Assembly (NCBI GenBank): GCA_052055015.1
Contig: JBQJIT010000007.1
From: Malassezia furfur
Lineage: Eukaryota
Strand: one strand, 5' to 3'
DNA: 64,000 nucleotides
Within the stretch, counting starts at the first letter, position 1. Every line of letters starts with the position of its first letter. The notes under the pieces are model-generated. The model was not told the origin of the DNA, searched no databases, and worked only from the letters and a program-made list of their open reading frames with translations. The translations under genes were made by a program, and so were the position numbers. Positions 1 through 11,842 of this stretch are shown here, in pieces.

Positions 1-636
1 CGGCGCAGCACGCGCCAGCTGCTCCTCGACGCGCAGGTCACCTCGACGCCGACGCGCACCGCTCGCAGCGTGACGCTGCCCTCGCCGCCGCCCGCACTGC
101 TCGACTCGCAGCCGAGCGCCAGCCCGCCGCGCCGGCGCACGCTCAAGGGCAGTGCGTCGGTGCGCGACTTCCGCGAGCTGCTCCGCCACGAAAAGACGCT
201 CCCGACGCTCACCGACACATCGCCGCCCGCACCGCAGCGCATGCGCACGCAGTCGCAACCAGACACCGACGGCGCCAAGTGGGCGCCGTCCGACTCGCAC
301 CGCACGCTGTCCGAGTACCGCCGCGGGCTGCGCCCGCCGCCGACGCCGCGCACCGCCGAGCCGTGCGCCGAGGACGCCTTTGGGCGGCCCACGGGGCTGC
401 GGCGCCCAACGCTGCGCAGCTGGGACCGCGCGGCGCGGCGCATGCAAAGCTCGCTCGGGCTCTCGAGCGCGTACCGCCACACGGCGAGCGCCGCGCCTGC
501 CGCGCACGGCGAGTCGAGCAAGGAAAACGTGCTGCAGCGCATGTCCTCCGAGCACCGCGGCATCCAGCGCTCCGTGACGCACCTCGAGCACGAGCTGGAT
601 GCGCTCAAGCACCGCGTAAACCATGTAGAGCTATAG
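1..636 (+). CDS. 3' part of a hypothetical Pro/Ser/Arg-rich protein with a C-terminal coiled coil; 5' end lies outside the window
   Basis: The frame is open from the window edge to TAG at 634-636, ends in a heptad-like segment (IQRSVTHLEHELDALKHRVNHVEL) and is followed by a short AT-richer spacer. Confidence 0.55.
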   Translation, partial: RRSTRQLLLDAQVTSTPTRTARSVTLPSPPPALLDSQPSASPPRRRTLKGSASVRDFRELLRHEKTLPTLTDTSPPAPQRMRTQSQPDTDGAKWAPSDSHRTLSEYRRGLRPPPTPRTAEPCAEDAFGRPTGLRRPTLRSWDRAARRMQSSLGLSSAYRHTASAAPAAHGESSKENVLQRMSSEHRGIQRSVTHLEHELDALKHRVNHVEL

Positions 637-675
637 TATAGAGTGGGAGGAAACACCGTGTAGCTATCAACGGCG

Positions 676-2460
676 TCAGCGCGCGTCGCGTGCGCGCCAC
701 GCAGACACGACCGACGCAGGCGTCGCCACCGCGCCGGGCGCACCGCGCAGGTCCGACAGGTCCGGCAGGTGCTTGGCCTCGACGCCATCCGGCGCGTGAA
801 GGGGTGTGGTGGAGTAACCCGTGTCCTCGTACGGCGCATCGGAGAGCATGCGCGAGGCGTGCAGCGCGTCGGCCTCGCCCAAGTCACCCGGCGACGCCTT
901 GCGCATGCGTGGCGCGGGGTAGCGCATCCGCCGCGCATCGGCAAGCGCCATTTCCGTGCGTTCCAGCACGTCGTTCAGCCGGCTCCGCTCGAGATACAGC
1001 TCGTCGCGCAAGCGCTCGAGCTCCGACAGGCGCACTGCGTGGGAATAGGGTATCGCGCCGGCCGCGTACGCACCCGAAGGAGGATACATACGCGCATGCA
1101 TGCCCATCGCGTTCGAGTGTGCGATACTCGCCGCGTACTCCGCCTCGGACGCCAGGCGCCGGTCGGCGTGCACAGGCGACTGGCCGGCAAACGCGGGCGA
1201 ATGCTCCGCGGCGCGCTGCTGCAGCAGTGCCGCTTCCTCAGCCTCGTCCAGCGCGTACGCTGCGGCGCTGTTCGGCGCACCGCGCGATGCACCAAACGCA
1301 CTCGACGCCGGCGGCGCCGACGGCGGCGGCGCACGCACGCCGTGCCGCGCCTGCACTGGTGGCTTGCCCCAGCGCGTCGTGCCAACCTCCATGAGGACCA
1401 TGGCCGCCTCACGATCGCGCTCGGCACGCGCGTAGGCGCCAGCGTCGCTTGTGTGCGCCGGCGTGCCACGCATACTCGCCGGCGAGACGCCAGCCGTCGG
1501 CGTATTGCGCGCAGGCACCCCGGCGGAGCCGCTGCCACTGCCGCCGGCATTCGGCGAGGCAGACGCATTGCTCGTGTTCGTATTCGAGTGGTGTCCATGC
1601 GCATTGCCATGATTCGCGCCGCTATTCGTAAGGCGTTTGCGCCGCTTGATCACTGTTTTGCGCATCCCGATCGGGCGATGCGTGCCGTGCAGCTTGTGGT
1701 AGAGACCACACGCATTGCAGATGTTGTTGCCGTCCTCGTCGCGGCGCCACAGCGGTGTCGTGGTCGTCTGGCAGTTGGTGCAGCGCAGCGCCTCGATGGT
1801 CGGGCGCGCAGCCTGCTCCGCCTTATCTGCAACGCTGCTGGATGTATCAGGTGTGGGCGCCGTACGGTTCGACGACTGGCTCGTGCCGCGCGACTCGGCA
1901 CCTGGCCGCGGGGCAGGCGCAGACTTCTTGTCAGCCGACTCGGGCGCCGTCGCACCACCCTCCTGGCCATTCGCCGAGCCAGGTGGCGGCGTGGAGGACT
2001 GCCCGATAACGTTGTTGTATGTGGGACACCCATCGCAGCTCGAGGCGCCGCCCATGCCGTTGCACAGCCCGTCGCCGGGGCACGAGCCAACGGGGGGATG
2101 CGTGCCGTCGTCACGACGCGTCGTCGATGGCGAGCAATGCGCGCGCTTCGCGCGCGGCTCCTCCCGTTCGGGCGGTGTTCGCGACAGGCGGCGCTGGGGT
2201 GGTGGGGAGTCCTCCTCGCTGGATACGGAACTTTGGTCGTGTTTCATCTCGTGGTGAGGCCAAATCGGTGCTAGCTTCTCCCCCGATGGGCGCTGCGGGA
2301 GAGAGGCAGACTCACGGCTGTGTGAATGGTGAACCAAAGGAGAGAGGGCGTCGCGCTCGTGACCGTAGTCCGTTTTGGACGGAAAATCATAACGAGAAGG
2401 CAGCGCTGGATGAGCAGATTCCAGGACTGAATCTCGATGCTGGTGACTTGTAATGGCCAT
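676..2460 (-). CDS. Iron-responsive GATA-type transcription factor (SreA/Urbs1/Fep1/Cir1 family)
   Basis: Contains a GATA finger [33 protein letters not shown], preceded by the Cys-rich motif [19 protein letters not shown] (C-X5-C-X8-C-X2-C) typical of fungal iron-sensing GATA repressors, plus a C-terminal coiled coil. Confidence 0.88.
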   Translation of the reverse strand: MAITSHQHRDSVLESAHPALPSRYDFPSKTDYGHERDALSPLVHHSHSRESASLPQRPSGEKLAPIWPHHEMKHDQSSVSSEEDSPPPQRRLSRTPPEREEPRAKRAHCSPSTTRRDDGTHPPVGSCPGDGLCNGMGGASSCDGCPTYNNVIGQSSTPPPGSANGQEGGATAPESADKKSAPAPRPGAESRGTSQSSNRTAPTPDTSSSVADKAEQAARPTIEALRCTNCQTTTTPLWRRDEDGNNICNACGLYHKLHGTHRPIGMRKTVIKRRKRLTNSGANHGNAHGHHSNTNTSNASASPNAGGSGSGSAGVPARNTPTAGVSPASMRGTPAHTSDAGAYARAERDREAAMVLMEVGTTRWGKPPVQARHGVRAPPPSAPPASSAFGASRGAPNSAAAYALDEAEEAALLQQRAAEHSPAFAGQSPVHADRRLASEAEYAASIAHSNAMGMHARMYPPSGAYAAGAIPYSHAVRLSELERLRDELYLERSRLNDVLERTEMALADARRMRYPAPRMRKASPGDLGEADALHASRMLSDAPYEDTGYSTTPLHAPDGVEAKHLPDLSDLRGAPGAVATPASVVSAWRARDAR

Positions 2461-3262
2461 ATGTCACGAAGGTAGGCGGATCACCTGCGAGATCGCGGTA
2501 GAGACAGGCCGTTATCGTAAACAAAGAATGGCGGCAATTTTGTTGACCCAAAAAAAAAACTTTAGTCTGGCTCACGTCTCTGGAAAGAGGAATAAGATCG
2601 CGTGAAGAGCAACACTTGGAAGACAGATGGAGGGAGAAAGCCACCAGCTCCAAAGAAGTGTGCTACAAGCGTCTGAAGAAACGAGAGGGTCGATTCGGAT
2701 AGGAGCGAATATGCCGCTAATCCCCAAGTTTTAGCTTTGCCCTTGCCACGATAAGAAGGCGGCAGTGATAGCAATACTTGACAAGAACCACGTTTCTTTC
2801 CTTTTGCTTACGGTGATTCGCGCAGCCTATGAGATAGCAGATATGAAAACCCCGTGGACTTGCCCTGTTCTCCACACCCATTGGACCTCGTCGCGCGTGT
2901 TGATGATTATCGGGTGGACGTACGCCACGTGCTGAGGCAATTCGGCCGCGGTGCGGCACTCCTCTCGCCCAGCCAGTGTGGCGCAAGTTTACCCCCGGTG
3001 TCGGATCCCCGTATCTGCTAAGCGTGACGTGTACGTCATCGCGCACACCACCATGGCCAGCGCGTGTGGAGCCTGTGGAACAATTTGTTTCTATCACAGG
3101 CACTAGCCGATTACGAGACACTACCCAAGCCTTGGGCAGATATACCCACGCCTGGTCTCCGACCGTAGAAGTCCTCCGCCGCGTATATCCGCATTAAATC
3201 ATTTATCGACAACAGACACACGGGCAGACTCTAGGCGAGTCAGATACGTGCTATTCCTAGAC

Positions 3263-3573
3263 TTAGGCCCGGCTGCGGTTCTCGCGCTCCGCCTGCCGGA
3301 TACGCTCCTCGAGCGTCCTAGACTTGTGCACCTGCGACGCCGTCAGACGGTCACGGTCGACGGACGCCGACGCGTTATCCGAGTAGCGCATGCCGTCAGC
3401 CACCGAGCCCTGGTAGGAGGACGTGGTGCGGTGAAGCTCGTTGCCACGGTTGGTGTCGGTGCGGCTGAGCTTCTTGCCCTTGTCGCCGCCGCTCATAGAA
3501 GAGAAACAGGATCCCTACATGGTTAGTATCCAATCCCTCGCGGTATCGTATTGATGCCACGCCTACGCACCAT
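3263..3573 (-). CDS. 84-aa hydrophilic protein with N-myristoylation/palmitoylation motif (MGSCFS...); exon 1 is the ATG alone
   Basis: ATG at 3573-3571 is followed by intron 3570-3515 (GTGCGT...TACTAAC...TAG, 56 nt), then GGA TCC TGT TTC TCT in frame with ORF 3263-3496. Confidence 0.72.
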
Positions 3574-3784
3574 GTTGATTAAGAGTACGAAACAATACTA
3601 GGGCAAGACGGAGCCCGCGCCCTGACTGGTTTTGGGTACGCCTGCCATCGGCTGCAAGGACCACGTGGTTTGTGCATGCCAATCCACGAAACGCACCGAA
3701 TGTGGGCGAACTTTCGACTGGCATCGGGTGCGCGCACGCCTAGACACAAAAAGATGGGCGCGCACGGATCGGCAGACGTACACC

Positions 3785-4906
3785 ATGTCTGGCAACAAGA
3801 ACGCAGACGAACTTCTCAAGTGGGGTTTGCAAAATGCCCCGATGGCTAACAATGGCCAGTCGTCCGTCGCGCAAGTCTCGGACGATATTGCCGCGGGGCG
3901 GCGTCCCGATCTTCAAGACCCGGCGCTGTACGAAGCGTTAATGGGCAAAAGCGAGGCGCAGATGATGCAGGAAGAGTTGGGCGTGGCCGTCGATCGCTCG
4001 AGGCCGGAGGCGGACCGCCTTACCGCGCTCGACAACTTTGAAATGCTGGTCGAGCAGGTGGACAATGCGAACAACATGGAGTCGCTACAAATGTGGGCGG
4101 CGTTGCTCAAGCTGCTGCAGTCAAGCGACGAGCCGCAGATTCAGCTGAACGCGGCGTGGATCGTGGGTACGGCGATGCAGAACAACGACAAGGCCCAAGT
4201 TGTGGCGCTTGGACATGGCATCCTGCCAATCCTGCTTTCACTGCTCGAGGCGCCGACACCTGAGCTGCGGAGCAAGGCGATGTATGCCATCTCTTCGCTG
4301 CTCGGACACTACCCCGCGGCCGTCGCCCAGTTTGCCGAAGCAAATGGCTGGGCAAAGTTTGCAGGTGCATTGCAAGACTCGAGCATCGTGGTGCGCCGCA
4401 AGGTGGCCTTCCTACTGAACCAGCTCCTGGTCCAGGACCCGATGGACTCCTCGGAGCCAATGCAAGACGGGCCGCCAGCTCCAGAGACTGCTGTGACGGC
4501 GAAGGACGCCGGCAACAGCCACATGCCCCCCGTTCCCCTGGAAGAAGGGCCAGCGACGAAGCGCGTCAAGGTGCGGCATCCGGACGTGGCCCAAGCGCTG
4601 GTGGAAAGCGGCATCTTTGACGCGCTGCTCACCTCGCTGCTCCCCGGTGCGGCGGGTGCGGCGGCCGAGTGCAATGGGCAGCCGACACGGAATGACGTCG
4701 ACTATGATGAAAAGGCGCTGCAGGTTATCATGACGCTCGTCGACAAGCGCCGACCGACGCTCCCGCTGCCCAAGGACAAGCTCACTGCACTGGTACAGGC
4801 GCTTCAGGGCCCACCCGTGGACGCAAGCGCTGGGGTCGCGACGTTTGCCGAGGAGCTCGGCGTGGACAAGCGGGCATTGGATGCGTTCCTGGCGCACCTT
4901 GCGTAA
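3785..4906 (+). CDS. FES1: Hsp70 nucleotide exchange factor Fes1/HspBP1
   Basis: N-terminal ELLKWGLQNA, the motif ALDNFEMLVEQVDNANNM and ARM repeats (AAWIVGTAMQNN; KAMYAISSL); start taken at MSGNK (3785). Confidence 0.9.
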   Translation: MSGNKNADELLKWGLQNAPMANNGQSSVAQVSDDIAAGRRPDLQDPALYEALMGKSEAQMMQEELGVAVDRSRPEADRLTALDNFEMLVEQVDNANNMESLQMWAALLKLLQSSDEPQIQLNAAWIVGTAMQNNDKAQVVALGHGILPILLSLLEAPTPELRSKAMYAISSLLGHYPAAVAQFAEANGWAKFAGALQDSSIVVRRKVAFLLNQLLVQDPMDSSEPMQDGPPAPETAVTAKDAGNSHMPPVPLEEGPATKRVKVRHPDVAQALVESGIFDALLTSLLPGAAGAAAECNGQPTRNDVDYDEKALQVIMTLVDKRRPTLPLPKDKLTALVQALQGPPVDASAGVATFAEELGVDKRALDAFLAHLA

Positions 4907-4945
4907 TACATACATAGCTACACATACGTGATACCCCCTAAGCTT

Positions 4946-7641
4946 CTATCCAGACTCGTCCATCACCGAGGAGCCTTGTGTCCTGTTTAGGAAGCTGCTG
5001 GCGTGTGAAACACTGGCATCGTGCGCGCCTTCGGGTGCTACACCAGCCAAGGCCGACTCGTCGCTCTCCTCCGATGGAGGCACCAGGCCGGGGGGAAGGC
5101 CCTGGTCCAAGCGCGCCTCCAGTGCCATGGTCAACAATTCCGTGCCCACGGGGTCGCGTGGATCGATGCCCAGCCCCTCGTGGTACCAGTCAATGGCCGT
5201 GGCCAAGTCGCCCTCGCGCTGGGCACACATGCCGAGTGCAATGTACGCAGTTGCACAGCTCGGGTCGCTCTCGATCACGCGCAATAAACTCGTGCGGGCT
5301 TCGTCGTTGCGGTGCAGCCGGTTGTATGCGAGGCCCAGATTGAGGTGCACATGCACCCATGCGCCCGCGGGCTGCTGCGTAGCCTCGGCCGCCCGGATGG
5401 CTGCGTGAAAGAAGCCGAGTGCCTCATCGATCTGCTCGCCCAAAAACGCAGCGACGCCGCGTTCGTTAGCACACAACGGGTCATCGCCGAGCTCCTCAGC
5501 GCTGCTGTCCAGGAAGAGCACAGCGAGATTTTTGTTGCCCTGCAGCAGGTGCTCCATGCCGATAAACAGGCGCGGCAAGCCGCTGAAGGGGAATTTGCGC
5601 GCGGCGGTGGAATACGCCGTGACTGCCTGGTCCGATTCGCCCTCGAGCGAGAAGCTGTGTCCGAACGCGATCCACGACGGCGCGAAGCGGGGGTCCAGCA
5701 GCGAGGACTTGCTGAAGTACCGCCGTGCCTCGGCCCAGCGTGACGCGCTCGCATACCAGACGCCCACGGCGTACCAAGCCTCGCAACTTTCCGAATCCGC
5801 CTCGGTGAGCTGGTGCGCCAGCAAGAACAGGGCCGGTCGCAGACGCGGCAGGTAATACATGCACGCGATGTGAATGGGTAGTGAGAGTGTGTAGGACGGG
5901 TCGAGTTTCAAGATGTGGCTCGTCACGGCGTAGGCATCGTCGTACCGCAGCCCGGTGTAGAGCGCCTCGGCGAGACTCAGGAGCACGTCGGGGCTGGCAC
6001 CAAGCGCCTTATGCTGCCGCAGGAGCGTCTGCCGTGCGTGCGCTGCGCGCTGGGCCATCGCCGCAGTCTGCTTCGAGAGCCGTGCGGTGTACATCCAGCG
6101 GATCCACTCGAAATCGTCCTTCGCACTGGGCTCGTCGCCCGCCTGGGACGCGAACTCAAGCGCCTGGACAAAGTCCCACTGCTCGTCGGCGCCAAGCAGG
6201 TTGCCATCGACCAGCGCCGAGAAACTGTCGTAGTTTTTCACGTCGAGGCTCAATGCGAGCATGAACGACTCTTTTGCCTTGGCGACTTCGTCGAGCCGCA
6301 GGTAGATTTGGCCGCGCAGGTGACACACCGACGACCCCAGTTTCAGGCCATCGTCTCGCGCCGGCATCTTGGTCGAGTGCGTGCCACCCCCCGTCCACCG
6401 CGTGTGGTCCTCACCCGTGAGTTCGAGCGCCTCGTAAAACTTGCCGAGCCGCACCTGGCACTGCGCCGCCAGATAGCGGCAGGGCGTGCTCCAGTTTACC
6501 AGGCACGGGCCCTGGGCTAGCACGTCGGACCCAGTCTGGAGTACCTGCTCCGCCTCCTCGTCGGTCGTCAGGAAGGTGGGCGGCAGGCGCGCGTCCGCCT
6601 GGAAAATGTCTTCTGTCGCGTCAAATGACGAAGACCGCTCGCGTTTGCCGCTGGGCGCCGCGACGCGCGCGGGGCGGGTCCCTTGGATGCCCAGTAGATG
6701 ATCGACCTGCGCATCGTCCTCACTGGAGTCGTCCTCCTGCGCGGCTTGTCGACGCAGCGACTCGGGGAGGATGCTGTGCGCGCGCGTCGATGCAAGCGCC
6801 TCGTGCAGTGCGTCCGTCGGCGGGGCTGTCCGGGGCGATGTGGCACGGCCATGGGACTCAGCAGGGGCGTCCACAGCACCGCACCGCAGCGGCGTAGTGA
6901 GCAGCTGCTCAGCGCGTGAATACTGGTGCGTCAGGAAGTACGCCTGGGCAAGCCAGTACGCGTCGTTGTAGACCATCTCGGTAGCTGGGTAAGTCAACGA
7001 GGGGTTTACGCACGCTCGAGGGCAACAACATGCCGGCCCCAAAAAATGGCTGTCTCGTACATGTGCTGTTTCATCGCGTCGTGCATCCACCGCCGCATTC
7101 GCGCGGGCAGACGCGCGGCCGGTGCGTCCTGGGGGGGCGGAGGCGGTACGGGCGCACCGGGCAAGCTTTTGTCCGGCAGCTGCTGCCACTTGGTAGGTGG
7201 GCTCTCTTCGTGAATTATCACGCTGTGATTCGATTCGCCTGACGAGGCGCGCGTGTCCGAGATGCTGCGCGGCGCGCCGAGGGACGGCTGCGGCCACGAT
7301 GCGTCCAGGGAGGAGCGCCGCGGCAGCCGTTTCGACTTGCCCCGGAGCGGTGGCAATTGAAGGAGCTGTGCATCGCTCTGCGGCCCTAGGACGGGCGTCC
7401 CTATGTTCATATGGCGCGCAGGGACTCCGTGTCGGGCCATGGGCAGCATGGGGTCGAGGTCAAGAAGCCCGCTGTTGCTGGCCTCGTCGTCCTGTCGCAC
7501 CATACTCATACTCCCGTCCGTAGTAAGCATGCCTGGGTTCCTTGACCCGAGCATAAGGGGGCTCCCAGCTGGCCCAAACCCCGCCAGCGGCGAGCCTGCA
7601 CTCAGACCCGACGTCTCCGCCGACGTCCGGCGCTTTTTCAT
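4946..7641 (-). CDS. CDC16: Anaphase-promoting complex subunit Cdc16/Cut9 (APC6), TPR protein
   Basis: Motifs MRRWMHDAMKQHMYETAIFWG, DAYWLAQAYF, ARRYFSKSSLLDPRFAPSWIAFGHSF and AYSTAARKF; the two ORFs are joined by a 29-nt intron at 7013-6985 (GTGCGT...TTGAC...CAG). Confidence 0.92.
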
Positions 7642-7745
7642 GGTGTTGGTCGACGCGTTCCCGATACGACGCCCGATTCGAGAAATGTGACCAAATCGGA
7701 GAAACCACGCGGACGCGCTCCACTAAATGGGCCTCGCGAGCGTCC

Positions 7746-9572
7746 ATGGCCAAGTCGAATGCGCTGCCGCGGACCAAGAAGGCGAGCAGCAAGAATTTTG
7801 CGTTCCTGCAGAAGTCGCCATGGGGCCAGTCCACCCAGGCACCCGCGCTGCTTCCCCTGCGCCAACATCATGTGCACTACCATCGGCCACAGCTCCTCGA
7901 TCACCCCGAGGGGTTTGGCCGTCTTCTGAGCTGGTTCGAGAAAGAGGAGCACAGCCGAAACATGCCATGGCGGCGCGAATGGATAGACATAAACGAGCGA
8001 CGCGCGAAACGCGCCCGTACAGACAACAAGGAGCTGCCGATGGACGTTCACGAAGAGCTCAAACGTCGAGCGTACCAGGTCTGGATCTCGGAAATTATGC
8101 TCCAACAAACCCGCGTCGAAACTGTGCGCGACTACTGGCAAGCATGGATGGAGCGATGGCCATCCATCGAGGCACTCGCCGAGGCCGCACCCGACGACGT
8201 GCTAGCTGCCTGGCGTGGGCTCGGATACTACAGTCGTGCCACGCGGATTCACCAGGCGGCCAAGTCGGTCGTGCAAGACCCCAAATTGAAGGGGATGCTG
8301 CCGGACCACATCGAAGACTTACAGCGCAAAGTTCCAGGCGTCGGGCCTTACACAGCGGGTGCCATCTCGTCGATCGTGTTTGGTCATGCGGTGCCGATTT
8401 TGGACGGCAACGTCGCGCGTGTTCTCAGCCGCCAAATTGCGCTGTATGCTGACCCCAAGACAAAACAAACCACTGACCTTCTCTGGGAGACAGCACGGTT
8501 GCTTGTTGTGCGGGCAGCCACATCATTAGGGGCAACATGCGACGGCAACGACGGTGCTCCTGAGCCGAGCGCCATCCCTGGCAAATGGAATCAGGGCCTT
8601 ATGGAGCTCGGCAGCACACTGTGTACCCCTACCAAGCCTGACTGCTCATCTTGTCCCATTCAGGCAACGTGCATGGCGTATGCGGAGGGCATGGCCAACA
8701 TTGCTCAGCCCGCTGCGCCATCCGAGCTCCCCGACATCGAGGATCTATGTACCTATTGCGACGACATCCCCGAAGCCGTGCCGGAAGCGACGGACCCAAA
8801 GAAAGGAGAGGATAGCCCCCAAACGAGCGCACCGGGCGGCCCAGAAAAGAAGGCAATGAAGCAGACAACGCTGTTTGGAACAGCCCTCACGCCCAAGCCT
8901 GGGCCAAAATCCTCGGCAGCGACGGCACCAAAATCCCCTCCCGATGGCCTGGCAGCGCAAAAGTATGTACAGCAATTTCCCCGCAAGGCTATCAAGCAGA
9001 ATGTCCGAGTTGAGGGTCGGCTGGTCTGCATCCTCCGCCTGTGCACAAGTTCGCCGACACAACCTAATCTATCAGAAAACGAGGACGGTACCCTCTTTTT
9101 GGTGCATCAGCGCCCCGAAAAAGGGTTGTTGGCGAGCCTATGGGAATTTCCTACAGCAGTCCTACCAAATCTGACAGAAGAGCCCGCGGAGGACCAAGTC
9201 TTATCGCAAGCACAAGATTTTGTGCGAGATTTGTTGCTGCCGACATGGAATGGGGGACAGGGCTATATGCAATGCGCTACCGAACGTCCAGGAACGGCAC
9301 GGTTCCTGGGACGCATCAAGCACACGTTCAGCCACCTCCAGTGGGACATGCATGTTTGTCTAATTGACTTGCATAAGGGCGATTTGACCAGGGCGGACGC
9401 AGCCCATCCATCGGGCGGAATCGCACGTGGCGCACAGTGGCTCCGGCGCGACGCGGTGGAACGCTTGACTATGGGCACTGGACTACGCAGGTGTTGGACA
9501 CTCGTTTTGTCCAACACACCCTTGCCCGATTCGCACGAGCCCATGTCTCTTCCAAGCACAGCCTTGGGCTGA
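7746..9572 (+). CDS. MYH1: A/G-specific adenine DNA glycosylase MutY/Myh1
   Basis: Motifs YQVWISEIMLQQTRV and WRGLGYYSRA, HhH motif VPGVGPYTAGAI, DGNVARV, 4Fe-4S motif CTPTKPDCSSCPIQATC and NUDIX-like QRPEKGLLASLWEFP. Confidence 0.95.
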   Translation: MAKSNALPRTKKASSKNFAFLQKSPWGQSTQAPALLPLRQHHVHYHRPQLLDHPEGFGRLLSWFEKEEHSRNMPWRREWIDINERRAKRARTDNKELPMDVHEELKRRAYQVWISEIMLQQTRVETVRDYWQAWMERWPSIEALAEAAPDDVLAAWRGLGYYSRATRIHQAAKSVVQDPKLKGMLPDHIEDLQRKVPGVGPYTAGAISSIVFGHAVPILDGNVARVLSRQIALYADPKTKQTTDLLWETARLLVVRAATSLGATCDGNDGAPEPSAIPGKWNQGLMELGSTLCTPTKPDCSSCPIQATCMAYAEGMANIAQPAAPSELPDIEDLCTYCDDIPEAVPEATDPKKGEDSPQTSAPGGPEKKAMKQTTLFGTALTPKPGPKSSAATAPKSPPDGLAAQKYVQQFPRKAIKQNVRVEGRLVCILRLCTSSPTQPNLSENEDGTLFLVHQRPEKGLLASLWEFPTAVLPNLTEEPAEDQVLSQAQDFVRDLLLPTWNGGQGYMQCATERPGTARFLGRIKHTFSHLQWDMHVCLIDLHKGDLTRADAAHPSGGIARGAQWLRRDAVERLTMGTGLRRCWTLVLSNTPLPDSHEPMSLPSTALG

Positions 9573-9977
9573 GACTCGCACGCCCCGAACTGATGCCCGT
9601 ACACCATTGGATTGGGGGCAGGCATAGCCCACATGAGGCATGTCACATTCTATGCAAATATCTCACGCACATGCATTACCTAATCACACCAACACACGTT
9701 CTACGCACGATGATTGGACAAAACCGTGTTACATAGCCAAATTCTAGCGCCTAGCCCTTTCCCCATTTGCAGCGGCGATTGCGTTCGCTTGCAGTGCGAT
9801 CCAAAGGACCACGGCTCGGTTAAATAAGGGCAAAGGCTGGATCACACCGACTCTTACCGCCCGTCCGCTCCTCAAGTCACAGAGCCCTTCCCACCTTCAC
9901 CACCCATCGAAACACGACTGGTCGTGTTTTTTCCTCAAATCCTCAAGACCTATCCACTAACCTGAACATATTCGCAA

Positions 9978-10391
9978 ATGAAGTTTACCTCTGTCTTCGT
10001 TGCTGCCCTGGCCGTGGCTGGCCTGGTCTCTGCCGAGGCTCCTCTCCGCTCGCACGAGCTCAAGGCGCGCCACGCGTCTGAGAACGGCATGGAGAAGCGC
10101 AACAACGGCAAGCTGACCTGGTACGCCGGCTACATGCTTGACAACCCCGCGTGCGGTGGTCCCACCCCGTCGGACTCGGACCTGATCGTGGCCGTCGCTC
10201 AGAACGGTGGCTATGGCAGCTGCAACCAGGAGGTTGAGCTGTCGTACCGCGGCAAGTCGGTCAAGGCCAAGATCCGTGACTACTGCGATGGTTGCGGTTA
10301 CGGCCACTTCGACGCCACTAAGGGTCTCTTCTCGCACTTTGCTGACCTTGATGAGGGTGTCCTCACCGGTCTCAACTTCAAGCTTCTGTAA
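9978..10391 (+). CDS. Secreted RlpA-like double-psi beta-barrel protein (expansin/loosenin-like)
   Basis: Signal peptide, Kex2-like KR site before NNGKLTWY, and motifs ACG, LIVAV, DYCDGC and HFDAT; strong codon bias; TATA-like TAAATAA at ~9821. Confidence 0.85.
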   Translation: MKFTSVFVAALAVAGLVSAEAPLRSHELKARHASENGMEKRNNGKLTWYAGYMLDNPACGGPTPSDSDLIVAVAQNGGYGSCNQEVELSYRGKSVKAKIRDYCDGCGYGHFDATKGLFSHFADLDEGVLTGLNFKLL

Positions 10392-10810
10392 AGAGGCTCG
10401 GGGTCTGTTTATGAAAGCGCAAGACTTTGTATGATTTGTTCCAGGTTTCCTTTGTTATGGGTTTTATGGTGTTGGTGCCTTGCCGCACGGCGAGCCATTT
10501 CTTGATGTTCTTCTTTGCACGCACGCTCCGTGCAGAGTCCGAATACCCAGCGTTGACACGTTCAAAATTGTTGGCATTTCAGACTCGTTCTGTGACTCGC
10601 ACAACTTGAATGATGGGCTCATCAAGTTGCCTTCTGTTTCTGTTGTCTTCTTTTTTATGCCTCTCTTATAGTTTGCTTCAGTTGATCCATGGTTGCTGGT
10701 CGGTCATGGGTCCTTTGTTCAATGCCAACCTTTTCTTATTCTACACGTTGAAACGATGTCTACGATTGCGGATTGGATGCGTAGGCCCAAGGTATCGAGG
10801 ACCTCGCCGT

Positions 10811-11761
10811 TTACATCCACGTTGACCGGTTGCGGGGGAGGTTCCCGCTTGGCGAGCTCCAATAACTACTCCCCGCTTGTTGCAGGGCACCCAATGCGCT
10901 TGTTCCCCGTTCCGCGAGGCTACCAAGCGAGACGTTGCCCAATTGTTGCATAATGGACTGCGGGTTCAAGTAGGCGGAGGCATTCTGAGCAGCGCCCAAA
11001 GCACCCAGTGCACCAATTCCGGACCCCATTGATGCTTTGCGTGCTTGCAGAACAGCACGAGCTATTGGTGTCAGCATCCATATGCGAACGTACCTCCAGA
11101 GACGATCTCAGTAATGTTGGTATCCAGCACCAGGCCTCCTTGAATGACTTGGTCAATGATTGCATGCACCTAAACGGGTAAGACAAGGTTAAACGTACTT
11201 GGTCGAAATGGAAGATCAAGTCGAGTTCACAGACATTCTCGAAACATTGATCCAACGCTTCCACGATGACCTTGGTGTCAGTTCCGCTCATGCTGTACAT
11301 ACCTGGATCAAGTCGAGGATGCCTAGTTCGCTCTCGCTTTGATCCACAACAAGAACGAAGTATAGCGTTGCATAATGCCGATAAATCACGCGAAGCTCGT
11401 CTTCAGGACGCCATCGCATATTTGCCTTTTTCGTGGGGGCGGTCTGCGTCTTTGAATAGTTAATCCAAGGATCGTAGTCTTGGTCTGCGTTGTCTTCGGG
11501 TGAGACGGAGTCTGAAATTCCCGAAGCAGATAACGGCATGGTGGACGTCTTGGACCACGCGTCAGCCGTCATCGGGGGCAACAGTGGCGTCAATTCTGGC
11601 GCATCGAGAAAGTTGCACACGGTTTTGTCGTCGCGCCGACTGACTAGCTGGAAAATTAGCTGAATCAAGGCCTGCTGGCGATCGACAGGGAGATGCGAAT
11701 AGAACTTTGAGATCCTTGGATTCCCATAGTTGTTGAATATAAGAACTGCGCGAATCGTCAT
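10811..11761 (-). CDS. APS3: AP-3 adaptor complex sigma subunit
   Basis: Motifs IRAVLIFNNYGNPRISKFY, YRHYATLYFV, ESELGILDLIQV and LDQCFENVCELDLIFH; introns 11302-11271, 11198-11170 and 11093-11062. Confidence 0.9.
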
Positions 11762-11842
11762 CGCATGCGAGAGCGCGCACGGCAGCCAAGAGCGACGTTG
11801 CGGTGATGCTGATCTCAGCAGCGCTATGAGCCTCCACATAGG

